From contig JBHLNT010000002.1 in the NCBI GenBank assembly GCA_048941265.1, forward strand, positions 20,087 through 84,086: DNA of 64,000 nt, written 5' to 3'. A model generated the notes under the pieces. That model worked only from the letters and a program-made list of their open reading frames with translations, was not told the origin of the DNA and searched no databases. This document shows, in pieces, positions 48,917 to 58,309 of this stretch; within the stretch, counting starts at the first letter, position 1, and every line of letters begins with the position of its first letter. The translations under genes were made by a program, and so were the position numbers. The DNA is from Promethearchaeota archaeon. Lineage in GTDB: Archaea; Asgardarchaeota; Lokiarchaeia; Sigyniarchaeales; SOKP01.

Positions 48917-50311
48917 TCATACCTGATTTGATAAATTAGTTATTAATCCCTCAAGTTCTTTTACCATATCTTTTGCGGCTTCAACATCTTCAGATTCAGC
49001 CGACAATAAAACCGCGTTTCTGTAGAGGGATAATTTAACATTTATAGAAACATTTTTCTCATCATCAATTATTTTTAGTTCGTTAATGATGTCGTGGTAC
49101 TTATACCCATTTAATTCGATTGTTTTTCTTAATTCATTATGAAAGGTTTCAATTACTTCCGGTAAAAGAGGAATAGTTTTATTTACTTTAATACCTTTAG
49201 GAAACCCCCTAGTTAAAGAACTTAGGAGATCGTCTTGAGAAGTCATTATTTCAAGCAGTTTTAATAAAATAAAATTACCATCTGAGAATGGCGCATAATA
49301 TGGAAAATAGAATTTTAAAGTATCAGCGGCTGCAAAACATGCCCTTTCTTCTCTAATGTGTCTCGAGATCTCTCCAGGATAATTTTCAACCTCCTTTATG
49401 GGATATCCAGCCTCCTCCAAAAATTCTTTCACGATTAGAGATGTAGAAGGAGTGGTAATAATGGTATTTCCTTTAGAATTGACAATTCTTTCTTCATAAC
49501 TTACAAAAAGCATTAGTATATCTTCAAAATTAATTTCCAATCCATTTTCATCAATTATTAAAATTCGTGAACCATCAACATCAAAACAAACACCTAAATG
49601 ACTATTAGATGCTTTCACTATATCTGCACAATTCCTAATGGTATTAATATTTGGCACCGGATTTCTTGATCTGTCCCGAAAATGAGTATTAAGCGCGATC
49701 ACTTCTACTCCAATCTCATTGAGTAGGATGGGTGATATCTTACCACTAGGTCCGTACGAGCAGTCTGCAACAATTTTAAGATCTGCTTTTTTAATTTTTT
49801 TTTTATCAACAAATTGTTGTAAAGATTTAATATAAATCTCTTCTGTTTGTGGAATACCAGTTATATGCCCAATTTCATTGGGCTCGACCCTTCTCACTTG
49901 TTTAGGATAAGTATTGAAAGAATCTATTAACTTTTCTATTTCTGCTGGTGATAATTCAATTCCTCCAGCATCAACAAATCGAATCCCAACCTCATCGCTG
50001 TATAAATGGCCTCCTGAAAAGTACACTCCACCACTAGCCCCAAATCTTCTAATAGTGAACTGCAACAGAGGATAAGTACAATCGGAAAGATTTAATAAAT
50101 TGACTCCAGTACTCATGATTCCTGAAGTATACCCACGCTTCAACATACGACTATCATTATGATAATCTCTACCCATTACGATTGATTCATTTTGATTAAA
50201 CGTACTACCATGAATTGATCCGATAGATGAGGAAATCTCTGGAGTAAAAACATAATTTGCTCGTCCTATAATTCGCCCACTTTTGTACAGCTCTCGAAGA
50301 TTTTGCACCAT
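48917..50311 (-). CDS. Phosphomannomutase-like protein lacking the catalytic phosphoserine
   Basis: PMM fold markers (GRD...SRMLK, ADCSYG, FDVDGSR); YFSGGHLY stands where active enzymes have TASHNP. Confidence 0.8.
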   Translation of the reverse strand: MVQNLRELYKSGRIIGRANYVFTPEISSSIGSIHGSTFNQNESIVMGRDYHNDSRMLKRGYTSGIMSTGVNLLNLSDCTYPLLQFTIRRFGASGGVYFSGGHLYSDEVGIRFVDAGGIELSPAEIEKLIDSFNTYPKQVRRVEPNEIGHITGIPQTEEIYIKSLQQFVDKKKIKKADLKIVADCSYGPSGKISPILLNEIGVEVIALNTHFRDRSRNPVPNINTIRNCADIVKASNSHLGVCFDVDGSRILIIDENGLEINFEDILMLFVSYEERIVNSKGNTIITTPSTSLIVKEFLEEAGYPIKEVENYPGEISRHIREERACFAAADTLKFYFPYYAPFSDGNFILLKLLEIMTSQDDLLSSLTRGFPKGIKVNKTIPLLPEVIETFHNELRKTIELNGYKYHDIINELKIIDDEKNVSINVKLSLYRNAVLLSAESEDVEAAKDMVKELEGLITNLSNQV

Positions 50312-50520
50312 TTAAATCAATAACTTTAATTTTTATAATTAATACTTGCTTTAAATTGGAAAATATATATTACATACCTCAATCAGCATATTTATTTTTT
50401 ATTATTATTAAAAGTTTAGTTATGATAAACTCTACTTATCATATGTAAAATTATTTTAGGAAAACAATCATTTAATTCTGTAATCAATTTGATCATATTA
50501 AAAATAGCTTTATACACTTG

Positions 50521-52242
50521 ATGAAAATGACTGAAAAATTAGGCTCTTTTGCGCTTGTTTTACATTCTCATTTACCATGGGTTCTTAATCATGGAGTTTG
50601 GCCTCATGGAACCTCTTGGGTGAATGAGGCTGCCTCAGAAACTTATATTCCACTTCTTCAAGAATTATATAAACTTGTAGATGATGGATACCATCCAAAA
50701 ATGACTCTTGGACTTACACCTGTTTTATGTGAGATGCTTAGGCACCCTTCATTTATTAATGACTTTTTAGGATACTTAGATGAAAAAATTGGAGCAGCAC
50801 TCCATGATAAGGAAGATTTTACAGAAAATAAGTATGAGGAAGGTCGAATAAAATTAACTAAATGGTGGGAAGAATTCTATGAAAGAGTTAAGGATGATTT
50901 CACGCATAGATTTAATAAGGATATTATAGGTGCGTTTAAAAAACTGCAAGATATGGATTTACTTGATATCATTACTAGTGGTGCTACTCATGGTTATAAT
51001 CCATTACTTTCTAAAGATAGTTCTATTAATGCCCAATTTAAAACTGCTGTGGATAATTATAAAAGACATTTTGGAAGAGAACCAACAGGAGTTTGGCTCC
51101 CAGAATGTGCGTATCGTCCCGGGTATAAATGGAAGAATCCTATAACGGGAGAAGAATATAATCGTCCTGGAATTGAGTTCTTTTTAGCTAATAATGGGTT
51201 GAGATATTTCTTTATTGATACGGCATTATTATTAGGAGGAAAGTCTCAAGGAGTTTACGCGGCCAGATTTCCCCTCCTTAAACAGTTATGGAAGCAATTT
51301 GCAGATCAATATGAAGAAATTCCCACTTCTTTCGAGAAATCCCAATATGAGGCTTATTTGGTATCAACTGATCCCTCAACTCCAGCCCCTGTAGGTTTCT
51401 TTACCCGAGATGAAAAAACGGGTATTGTGGTTTGGTCAGGAGAACATGGATATCCGGGTTGTGCAGAATATCTTGATTTTCATAAGAAGCACTATCCTGG
51501 GGGTTTGCGCTATTGGAAAGTTACAGGCCCTAAGATTGATTTAGGAAAGAAAATGCTTTACTGGCCCGATGATGTTCCAGGAAAATTAGATGAAAATGCG
51601 GGGCACTATGTTAATTTAATAAAAGACATCTTAAGAGCCCATAAAGGTGATTCTGGAAATTCTGGAATTGTTGTTGCTCCTTATGACTGTGAATTATTAG
51701 GTCATTGGTGGTTTGAGGGAAATTGGTGGTTAGCAAGAGTATTTCGTTGGATTGAAGATGATCCTGAAGTAGAATTGACACACACAAGATCATACATGGA
51801 ACAAAATCCTCCAAATAAAGTGGTATCTATTATTGAGGGAAGTTGGGGTCAAGGATCAAGCCATTGGGTTTGGTTGAATGAATGGACAATTTGGACATGG
51901 GAAAAAGTCTACGAATGTGAGGCAAAAAGTGAAGAAATTATCTCAAAATATAAAGATTCACATGATCCAAATCTTATAAAAATTTTAAGACAAATGGCAA
52001 GAGAATTGCTCTTATTGGAAAGTTCGGACTGGCAATTTTTAATAACAACTTGGTCAGCAAGAGATTATGCTGAAAATCGAGTAGCAGCGCATTATGAAAA
52101 CTTTAATAGACTTTATAAAATGGTAGAAGAATATGCCAATGGAAAATATGTTGAAGAAGGCGAATGGCATTTTCTAGGGACTCTTGAATACTCTGATGGT
52201 TTATTTGAAGCTCTTGACCTTGAACCGTTTGCAAAAAAATAA
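50521..52242 (+). CDS. GH57 1,4-alpha-glucan branching enzyme
   Basis: LHSHLPWV, ETYIPL, ATHGY, WLPECAY (nucleophile Glu), PYDCELLGHWWFEG (acid/base Asp), GSWG and ESSDWQF. Confidence 0.93.
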   Translation: MKMTEKLGSFALVLHSHLPWVLNHGVWPHGTSWVNEAASETYIPLLQELYKLVDDGYHPKMTLGLTPVLCEMLRHPSFINDFLGYLDEKIGAALHDKEDFTENKYEEGRIKLTKWWEEFYERVKDDFTHRFNKDIIGAFKKLQDMDLLDIITSGATHGYNPLLSKDSSINAQFKTAVDNYKRHFGREPTGVWLPECAYRPGYKWKNPITGEEYNRPGIEFFLANNGLRYFFIDTALLLGGKSQGVYAARFPLLKQLWKQFADQYEEIPTSFEKSQYEAYLVSTDPSTPAPVGFFTRDEKTGIVVWSGEHGYPGCAEYLDFHKKHYPGGLRYWKVTGPKIDLGKKMLYWPDDVPGKLDENAGHYVNLIKDILRAHKGDSGNSGIVVAPYDCELLGHWWFEGNWWLARVFRWIEDDPEVELTHTRSYMEQNPPNKVVSIIEGSWGQGSSHWVWLNEWTIWTWEKVYECEAKSEEIISKYKDSHDPNLIKILRQMARELLLLESSDWQFLITTWSARDYAENRVAAHYENFNRLYKMVEEYANGKYVEEGEWHFLGTLEYSDGLFEALDLEPFAKK

Positions 52243-52269
52243 AATAAGCTTTAATTTTTTTTTAAGGTG

Positions 52270-53421
52270 TTATATTTGTTGTCCTAATTCAAGCGTTTTA
52301 TCCTTAATTTGCGAATCGCTACTTATTTTACAAAAAGGAGCAACAATTGCTTTATTTAATACGACATTGTCACCTAATTCACAATCGTTACAAATAATCG
52401 ACTCTGTAATGTGGCATCCATGCCCTATCTTAACATTGTCCCACACAACAGATTTTTCAATTACAGTGTCCTCTCCTATTACTACATGATTCCCAATTGA
52501 AGTTAATTCTTTAATTTTTACGAAATTCTCAAGTCTAACATTTTTTCCAAAACAAGTTGGTTTCTCGATTTTTATATCTTGACCTGAATCAATGATGCCC
52601 ATAACAAAAATACCATCATATTCTTGGCCGTTTGGTGTAATAGGCCAACTGTATTTTCTTAATAAATCCCAATTTGCCCACATATAAGTTTGAGCATTTC
52701 CGCAATCAAGCCAGTAATAATCTTTTACATATCCATATAGATTATAGTCATTTTCAAGAAGATATGGAAAAATTTCCCCTCCAAAATCCATTAGTCCCGT
52801 CTCCCGTAATACGTTAGCGATTTCCTTTTTAAAACAGTAAATTCCCGTATTGATGATATTGGTATGAAGAAATAAATCTGTTCTTTGAGCCATACTACTT
52901 AAATATAATTCCATAGGCATCGGTTTTTCTAAAAATAGATAAATTTTACGATCATTATCTAATAAAACCACTCCATATTGAGTTGTATGGCTTTCTACGG
53001 TTTTCATAGAAATTGTAGCAATCCCTCCCTTCATAGAATGAAAATCCATGAAATTTTTCACTGGAAGATTCGTAACAATATCTGCCATTGAAACAACAAT
53101 TTTTTCCGAGTCAATTTGGTCCAATAATAATCTATACGCATCAGCAGTTCCTTTACTTTCATGAATTTCACATTCTAACTCCACATCTCCCAATTTATCC
53201 CGAGTCCACGTTTTCTCAACGTATTCCTTTAACATATCCCCCATATAAGCTAATGCTAAAATGATATGCTTAATATCTGCATATATAAGATGAGCTATAG
53301 AATAATCTACCATAGGTTTATTGGTTACCTTGACAAGTGGTTTTGGAATTTGAGCAGTTAAGGGCATTAAACGAGAACCTTTACCACCAGCCAAAATTAT
53401 TGCAGACCATTCTCTCGTCAT
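52270..53421 (-). CDS. NDP-sugar synthase (mannose/glucose-1-phosphate nucleotidyltransferase) with a left-handed beta-helix
   Basis: LAGGKGSRLMPLT..PKPL, KGTADA, YGVV, FLEKP, INTGIY, DFG.EIFP, YWLDCG and hexapeptide repeats. Confidence 0.9.
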   Translation of the reverse strand: MTREWSAIILAGGKGSRLMPLTAQIPKPLVKVTNKPMVDYSIAHLIYADIKHIILALAYMGDMLKEYVEKTWTRDKLGDVELECEIHESKGTADAYRLLLDQIDSEKIVVSMADIVTNLPVKNFMDFHSMKGGIATISMKTVESHTTQYGVVLLDNDRKIYLFLEKPMPMELYLSSMAQRTDLFLHTNIINTGIYCFKKEIANVLRETGLMDFGGEIFPYLLENDYNLYGYVKDYYWLDCGNAQTYMWANWDLLRKYSWPITPNGQEYDGIFVMGIIDSGQDIKIEKPTCFGKNVRLENFVKIKELTSIGNHVVIGEDTVIEKSVVWDNVKIGHGCHITESIICNDCELGDNVVLNKAIVAPFCKISSDSQIKDKTLELGQQI

Positions 53422-53643
53422 TTAATTGGAATCCTCTATTTTATATAATAGCTTAAAAAGTATGGAATTTATCTAATTTGTAAGTGTAACATTAAAAAGA
53501 TGTAAAATTATTTAAAACTCGATTGAGTTATTTCAGTTTATTAAAAAACTTCTTTTTCTTTTAAATCTTCGCGATAAACTTAATTTCTTTAACAAAAATT
53601 AGATATAAAAATTAAAAAAAGGTTCCGATAATATTTTATTAAT

Positions 53644-54909
53644 TCAATGTGTAATTCCTTGTCTAATTTCTGCTGCAGCTTCATGAGGTAACTTCCTCGC
53701 AACACGCATATCATCAGCCATTTCTGCTCCTCCTATTATTTCATGTGGAATAATATCACCAAACATATGAAAATCTGCATCATAGCCATAAGGGCAACAA
53801 TTCAATAATATATTTCGATTTTTATCGATATTTATATTATCTAAACCTATGAAGATTGTTTTTAGGGATTTTGCTAAATCCTGAATTTGATTTATGTTTA
53901 ATTGAGAAAATCTTCTTATATGTTCGTTAGGGTGGAATCGTATATGATAATTTCTAACAGGACTTCCGGTTGTATAAAAAGTCCAGTAGGTTGTTTTTAA
54001 TATAATTCGGTCAGTTTCTCCGTGAGATGTTTCACATAAATGACAATTATCCCCCATTTCTTTAAAAGCTTGAAGATAACCTTCCAATCGACTTCCATGC
54101 CCATCCATATTTAAATCGATATAAACTTGGCCATGAATTCGAGGTTGTGAGCCCCCTACTTTTGTACCTATATTAAAAAAGGGAGAAACTGGAATATCAT
54201 AATAATCTCTCTCTATTGCCTCCTGAACACTATATAGAATTGCTGCCTTCATAGAAAGGAATATACCTGCTAAAACATCATCAGGAATTAATTTGAAACA
54301 AAAAGTTGGATAGAAATCCCTGGAAAGAGAAACTAAATTTATACCTTTTGCCAATTTTAAATGAGAGGGTAATTTTTCAACCACAGTATCATAAATTTCG
54401 GGGTCAATAATCCGAGCCATAGAAGGATATCGATTTATTAAAGTTATTGCTTTACATGAATCAGGCAATCTCTCTATTCTATGTGGTTTATCTGAGAAAG
54501 GAGAATCTCTTCTCTTTTCATCCTCCGTTATAATTATTGTAAACCCATCTCCTATTTTTTTTCCATCATCATACAAGGGTTTACCTTCTGTAACTGCTGT
54601 AAATACATCTTTAGCTTCTTCTAATATCTGTTTTGTACAATCAATATCTTCACTCTTCTTATCTAAAATTTTAAATCCTTCTGGTCTTCGACCCCGAATA
54701 GGACTTAAATATGCATAATGCCCATAATATCTTACTCGATCTTCTCGAAGTCCAAACTCTTTTGTTCGAATAGCGCGTATTGATAGGGGATCCCATCTCT
54801 TAATTGGAAGCTCATAAGTGGTTTTAAATGTATCTTTCGCAATAATGCCCCATTCCATAAATTTTGGAATATAATTTTCTTCTCTATTTCCTTCTTTTTT
54901 ATTTGATAT
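53644..54909 (-). CDS. GalT/HIT-superfamily nucleotidyltransferase-like protein (paralogue 1)
   Basis: SP.RG.RP, INRYP, FFN.G...GGSQPRIHGQ and CHLC. Start extended from ATG at 54858 to ATA at 54909 by homology to paralogue 2. Confidence 0.8.
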   Translation of the reverse strand: MSNKKEGNREENYIPKFMEWGIIAKDTFKTTYELPIKRWDPLSIRAIRTKEFGLREDRVRYYGHYAYLSPIRGRRPEGFKILDKKSEDIDCTKQILEEAKDVFTAVTEGKPLYDDGKKIGDGFTIIITEDEKRRDSPFSDKPHRIERLPDSCKAITLINRYPSMARIIDPEIYDTVVEKLPSHLKLAKGINLVSLSRDFYPTFCFKLIPDDVLAGIFLSMKAAILYSVQEAIERDYYDIPVSPFFNIGTKVGGSQPRIHGQVYIDLNMDGHGSRLEGYLQAFKEMGDNCHLCETSHGETDRIILKTTYWTFYTTGSPVRNYHIRFHPNEHIRRFSQLNINQIQDLAKSLKTIFIGLDNINIDKNRNILLNCCPYGYDADFHMFGDIIPHEIIGGAEMADDMRVARKLPHEAAAEIRQGITH

Positions 54910-55080
54910 AAGAACCCACTGTTTTATTGTAATTTTAAATAAAATTTAATTCAATTTCTATTATAGCTTGGAACAATATATAATTAATTAAATCAAAAGA
55001 TTAAACCTATCTGATAATTAAAAAAAGTGAATAAAAAATTTAAAAGTGAAAAAAGTACACATGATAATTTACACCTTTAA

Positions 55081-56364
55081 TTAAGAAATCAATTTCCTTA
55101 TTTCTGCTGCGACATGTTCGGGCATTTTTCTGGCAACTCTCATATCATCTGCCATTTCAGCCCCACCTATGATTTCATGAGGTATTATATCCCCAAACAA
55201 GTGAAAATCTGCGTCATAACCGTATGGACAACAATTAAATATAATATTACGATTCTCGTCGACATTTAAATCATCTAATGCCTTAAAAATTATTTTTAGG
55301 GATTTGGCTAAATCTTGCATTTGATTAATTTTAAGCTGTGAAAATCTTCGTATATGTTCATTTGGGTGTAATCTGAGATGATAATTTCTTACTGGACTTC
55401 CTGCGACGTAAAAGGTCCAGAATCTGGTTTCTAAGACTATTCTATTCGATTCTCCATGAGTAGTCTCGCATAAATGGCAAGAATCTCCCATTTCTTTAAA
55501 TGCTCTTAAAAATCCTTCTAATCGTGAACCATGTCCGTCCCCATTTAAATCTACATAAACTTGACTATGAATCCGTGGTTGCGAGCCCCCAACTTTGGAA
55601 CCGATATTAAAAAATGGTGAAATTGGAATGTCATAATAATCTCTCTCGACTGCCTCAAGAATACTATATAGAATTGCCTCTTTCATTGAGAGAAAAATAG
55701 CCGTTAGAACTTCTTCAGGAATAAAATCAAATCTTAAAGAAGGGTAAAAATCTCTAGAAACTGTGACTAAATTTATGCCCTCTGCGAGTTTAGAACCCGT
55801 AGGTAACTGTTTTTCTATTAATTGTTTTATATCACGATCCACTATTCGGGCCATTGCTGGATATCTGTTTATCAGAGTGATCGCTTTACAGGAATCGGGA
55901 ATTCTTTTTATTCTATGGGGGGTTTCATGAAATGGTTTATCCCGTTTTTTTTCATCTTCAGTAATAATGATCGTAAATCCATCCCCAATTAGAGCACCTT
56001 CATCATTATAAATGGGTTTACCTTCCATAACGGCCGTGAATACATCCATATCTTCTTTAAATTCTTTTATAGAGATTGCTTTAATTTCACTCTTTTTTTC
56101 TCTAAGATTATAACCTATGGGACGCTTACCGCGAATAGGAGAAAGATAAGCGTAATGGCCGTAATGTCTATCTTGCTTCTTATGCAATCCAAATTCATTT
56201 GTTGAGATCATGGCAGTTGATAATGGGTCCCATCTTTTTAATGGGACATCGTGAATTGATTTAAAATTTTCCTTAGTAATGATTCCCCATTCCATAAATT
56301 TTGGCTTATAACTTTTTCCTAAATTACTATCTTCTTTCTCTGAAATAAAAACACATTCCTCCAT
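55081..56364 (-). CDS. GalT/HIT-superfamily nucleotidyltransferase-like protein (paralogue 2)
   Basis: Same motifs (GGSQPRIHSQ, CHLC, GGAEMAD) with long identical blocks to paralogue 1; probable start is ATT at 56346. Confidence 0.8.
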   Translation of the reverse strand: MEECVFISEKEDSNLGKSYKPKFMEWGIITKENFKSIHDVPLKRWDPLSTAMISTNEFGLHKKQDRHYGHYAYLSPIRGKRPIGYNLREKKSEIKAISIKEFKEDMDVFTAVMEGKPIYNDEGALIGDGFTIIITEDEKKRDKPFHETPHRIKRIPDSCKAITLINRYPAMARIVDRDIKQLIEKQLPTGSKLAEGINLVTVSRDFYPSLRFDFIPEEVLTAIFLSMKEAILYSILEAVERDYYDIPISPFFNIGSKVGGSQPRIHSQVYVDLNGDGHGSRLEGFLRAFKEMGDSCHLCETTHGESNRIVLETRFWTFYVAGSPVRNYHLRLHPNEHIRRFSQLKINQMQDLAKSLKIIFKALDDLNVDENRNIIFNCCPYGYDADFHLFGDIIPHEIIGGAEMADDMRVARKMPEHVAAEIRKLIS

Positions 56365-56387
56365 TTAATGTAGTAAAAATATACGAT

Positions 56388-57269
56388 TTATTGAGATTTT
56401 ATTAATTTAACATCCATCTCAATTATACCGTTAACTTTGTATAAATCTTCAATTAGGCTATTCAACATATCTATATCAATGTCTAAATATACTTCATATA
56501 TGCACTTATCAACTTCTTGGCAAATTCCCGTAGTGAATACTAACTTTAAATTATCTTCATATTTAGATAATATTTTTGAAATTTCTTGCAAAACACTGAC
56601 GGTCATTTGTTCTCCAAACATTATGATTAAATTAAAAATTTCATCCGTTTCAACAGGGATGACATCTAATTTCAAAGCTTCTCCACGCGTTCTAAACACT
56701 AAAAAACAATGTTTCTTATTCTCAGTCAATTTACTTAACTTTTGAATCACATCGTTAGATAATTCAATATTTTTAGTTTTTTTTAATTTTGATAAAGAGA
56801 TAAGCTGCCCCTCAGTTTCGATTTTTTTTATTATTAATATCTTGTATAAATTATTAAGCTCTTCTTTTAGTAATGTAAATTTGTTCTGGATCTCTTTTTT
56901 ATTCATCTTTATAGAATCGGAATTAATATAAAATGCCTTGTAAAGTTCGGGAATATTTTTCAATTTTTCTACAAACTTTGAAAGAATGAGTTCATATGCA
57001 GAATAATCAGGTTCTTCTTCTGAAACAATTAAGGAGATCATAGCAGATTCAGAACGGCCACGTGCCCATTTTGAGTCTAAATTAAAAGCCCAATTCGCAG
57101 TCTTAAAATCAGAAGAAAAATTGTGAGTGAAAAATCCTGTGGATTCAGATTCCATTAATGATTTGATTTGATTAATATAATCATCCTCCAAACTTTTAAT
57201 TAAATTCTGAGGATTTGTTAGAAATACTTTAGGACCTAAGATTCTGTCAAAATAGCTAAGAACTAACAT
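56388..57269 (-). CDS. Longin/uDENN (folliculin/SMCR8/NPRL2-like) domain fused to a C-terminal ACT-like domain
   Basis: N-terminal LSYFDRILGPKV and FNLDSKWARGRSESAMISLIV; the C-terminal ~80 aa follow a beta-alpha-beta-beta-alpha-beta pattern ending L..L..V.GII.MDV. Confidence 0.65.
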   Translation of the reverse strand: MLVLSYFDRILGPKVFLTNPQNLIKSLEDDYINQIKSLMESESTGFFTHNFSSDFKTANWAFNLDSKWARGRSESAMISLIVSEEEPDYSAYELILSKFVEKLKNIPELYKAFYINSDSIKMNKKEIQNKFTLLKEELNNLYKILIIKKIETEGQLISLSKLKKTKNIELSNDVIQKLSKLTENKKHCFLVFRTRGEALKLDVIPVETDEIFNLIIMFGEQMTVSVLQEISKILSKYEDNLKLVFTTGICQEVDKCIYEVYLDIDIDMLNSLIEDLYKVNGIIEMDVKLIKSQ

Positions 57270-57686
57270 ATACCTATATAAAATTTTAACTTCTGTGGCT
57301 TAATTTGTTAACTATGTATAAGAATTAATTTAGTAATTGTATTTAATAAATCTTATATTTATATTTTTAACACGAATGAAATTAAAAATAAATTTCCCTT
57401 TTTTCACAGGAGAATGAAATAAATCATTGAACAAAAAGTATATCTTGAACAATTTATAGTAAATCTTATTTATATTATAATTATTGTTTAACGGTTTTAT
57501 TTAATCGAGTGACAATTTTTTTTATTCCTAATAAATTCAGAAAAAAATTTTTCCATTATATTTAAAAGAAAAAATGTGCTTAAATTTGAGGTTTAGAGTG
57601 TTTTTCAAAAAATTAACACTTTAATAGTGGCACTTAAATACGTATTAAGATTCTTTGGTAAATCTGTAAATAATTTTAAAAAGATC

Positions 57687-57732
57687 TTTTAATCGGTTGA
57701 TATTAACCCATTAAAAAAACAAGATTTATATA
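57687..57732 (+). promoter_or_regulatory. Inverted repeat (putative operator) next to a BRE/TATA element
   Basis: TTTTAAT-C-GGTT-GATATT-AACC-C-ATTAAAA at 57687-57716, then an A-rich BRE-like stretch and TTTATATA at 57725-57732. Confidence 0.5.
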
Positions 57733-57772
57733 TTATTTCATAATAAAATATATTATAAAAAAAAAGTGATAA

Positions 57773-57987
57773 GGCGACTGAATTAGTCAATTGCAACAAT
57801 ATTTGACCCCGATAGTTATATTTAGGATACTTTCAAATATATCTATGGGGAAGAGTTGGAATTTTTCGAATCCGTACTAATTGTTGCGATTTCAAATTAA
57901 ACGTTGCTAATATAAAAAAATCAATAATGATGAGATATATCAATCTGGTAAATGCATTGAAATTTTCATCCAAGATTGTAATATCTC
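57773..57987 (+). ncRNA. Putative structured 5' leader or small RNA upstream of the RHH gene
   Basis: 12-bp stem 57789-57800/57880-57891, nested CCCC-G-AUAG/CUAU-GGGG and UAUAUUU/AAAUAUA stems, and a second hairpin GAGAUAU..CAAUCUGG/CC.AGAUUG..AUAUCUC at 57932-57987. Confidence 0.5.
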
Positions 57988-58018
57988 TAACAATATTTAT
58001 ATAAAAGGGGTAATAATA

Positions 58019-58309
58019 ATGAAAATAGTCACTGTTAATGTGCCAGAATCATACATCGACGCTATAAATAAATTAATTGGTGAAAATGGTCTCTATCCAT
58101 CCAGATCTGAATTAATTCGATGTGCTGTTAGAGAATTTCTTTTAAAGGAATTAAGATTGGCGAAAAACATACCAGACTACAATAAATCTGATATTGATGA
58201 TTATGATAAGGAAAAATTTGTTCGTGTTCCCATAGTCGATTCAGAAAATAAAAAGGCTCCTGTACAAGAATTCAAAACATATAAAATAATCAAAAGACTC
58301 GAATTTTAA
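58019..58309 (+). CDS. Ribbon-helix-helix (CopG/MetJ/Arc; CdrS-like) transcriptional regulator
   Basis: MKIVTVNVP beta-ribbon and G.YPSRSELIR.AVREFL. Confidence 0.9.
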   Translation: MKIVTVNVPESYIDAINKLIGENGLYPSRSELIRCAVREFLLKELRLAKNIPDYNKSDIDDYDKEKFVRVPIVDSENKKAPVQEFKTYKIIKRLEF

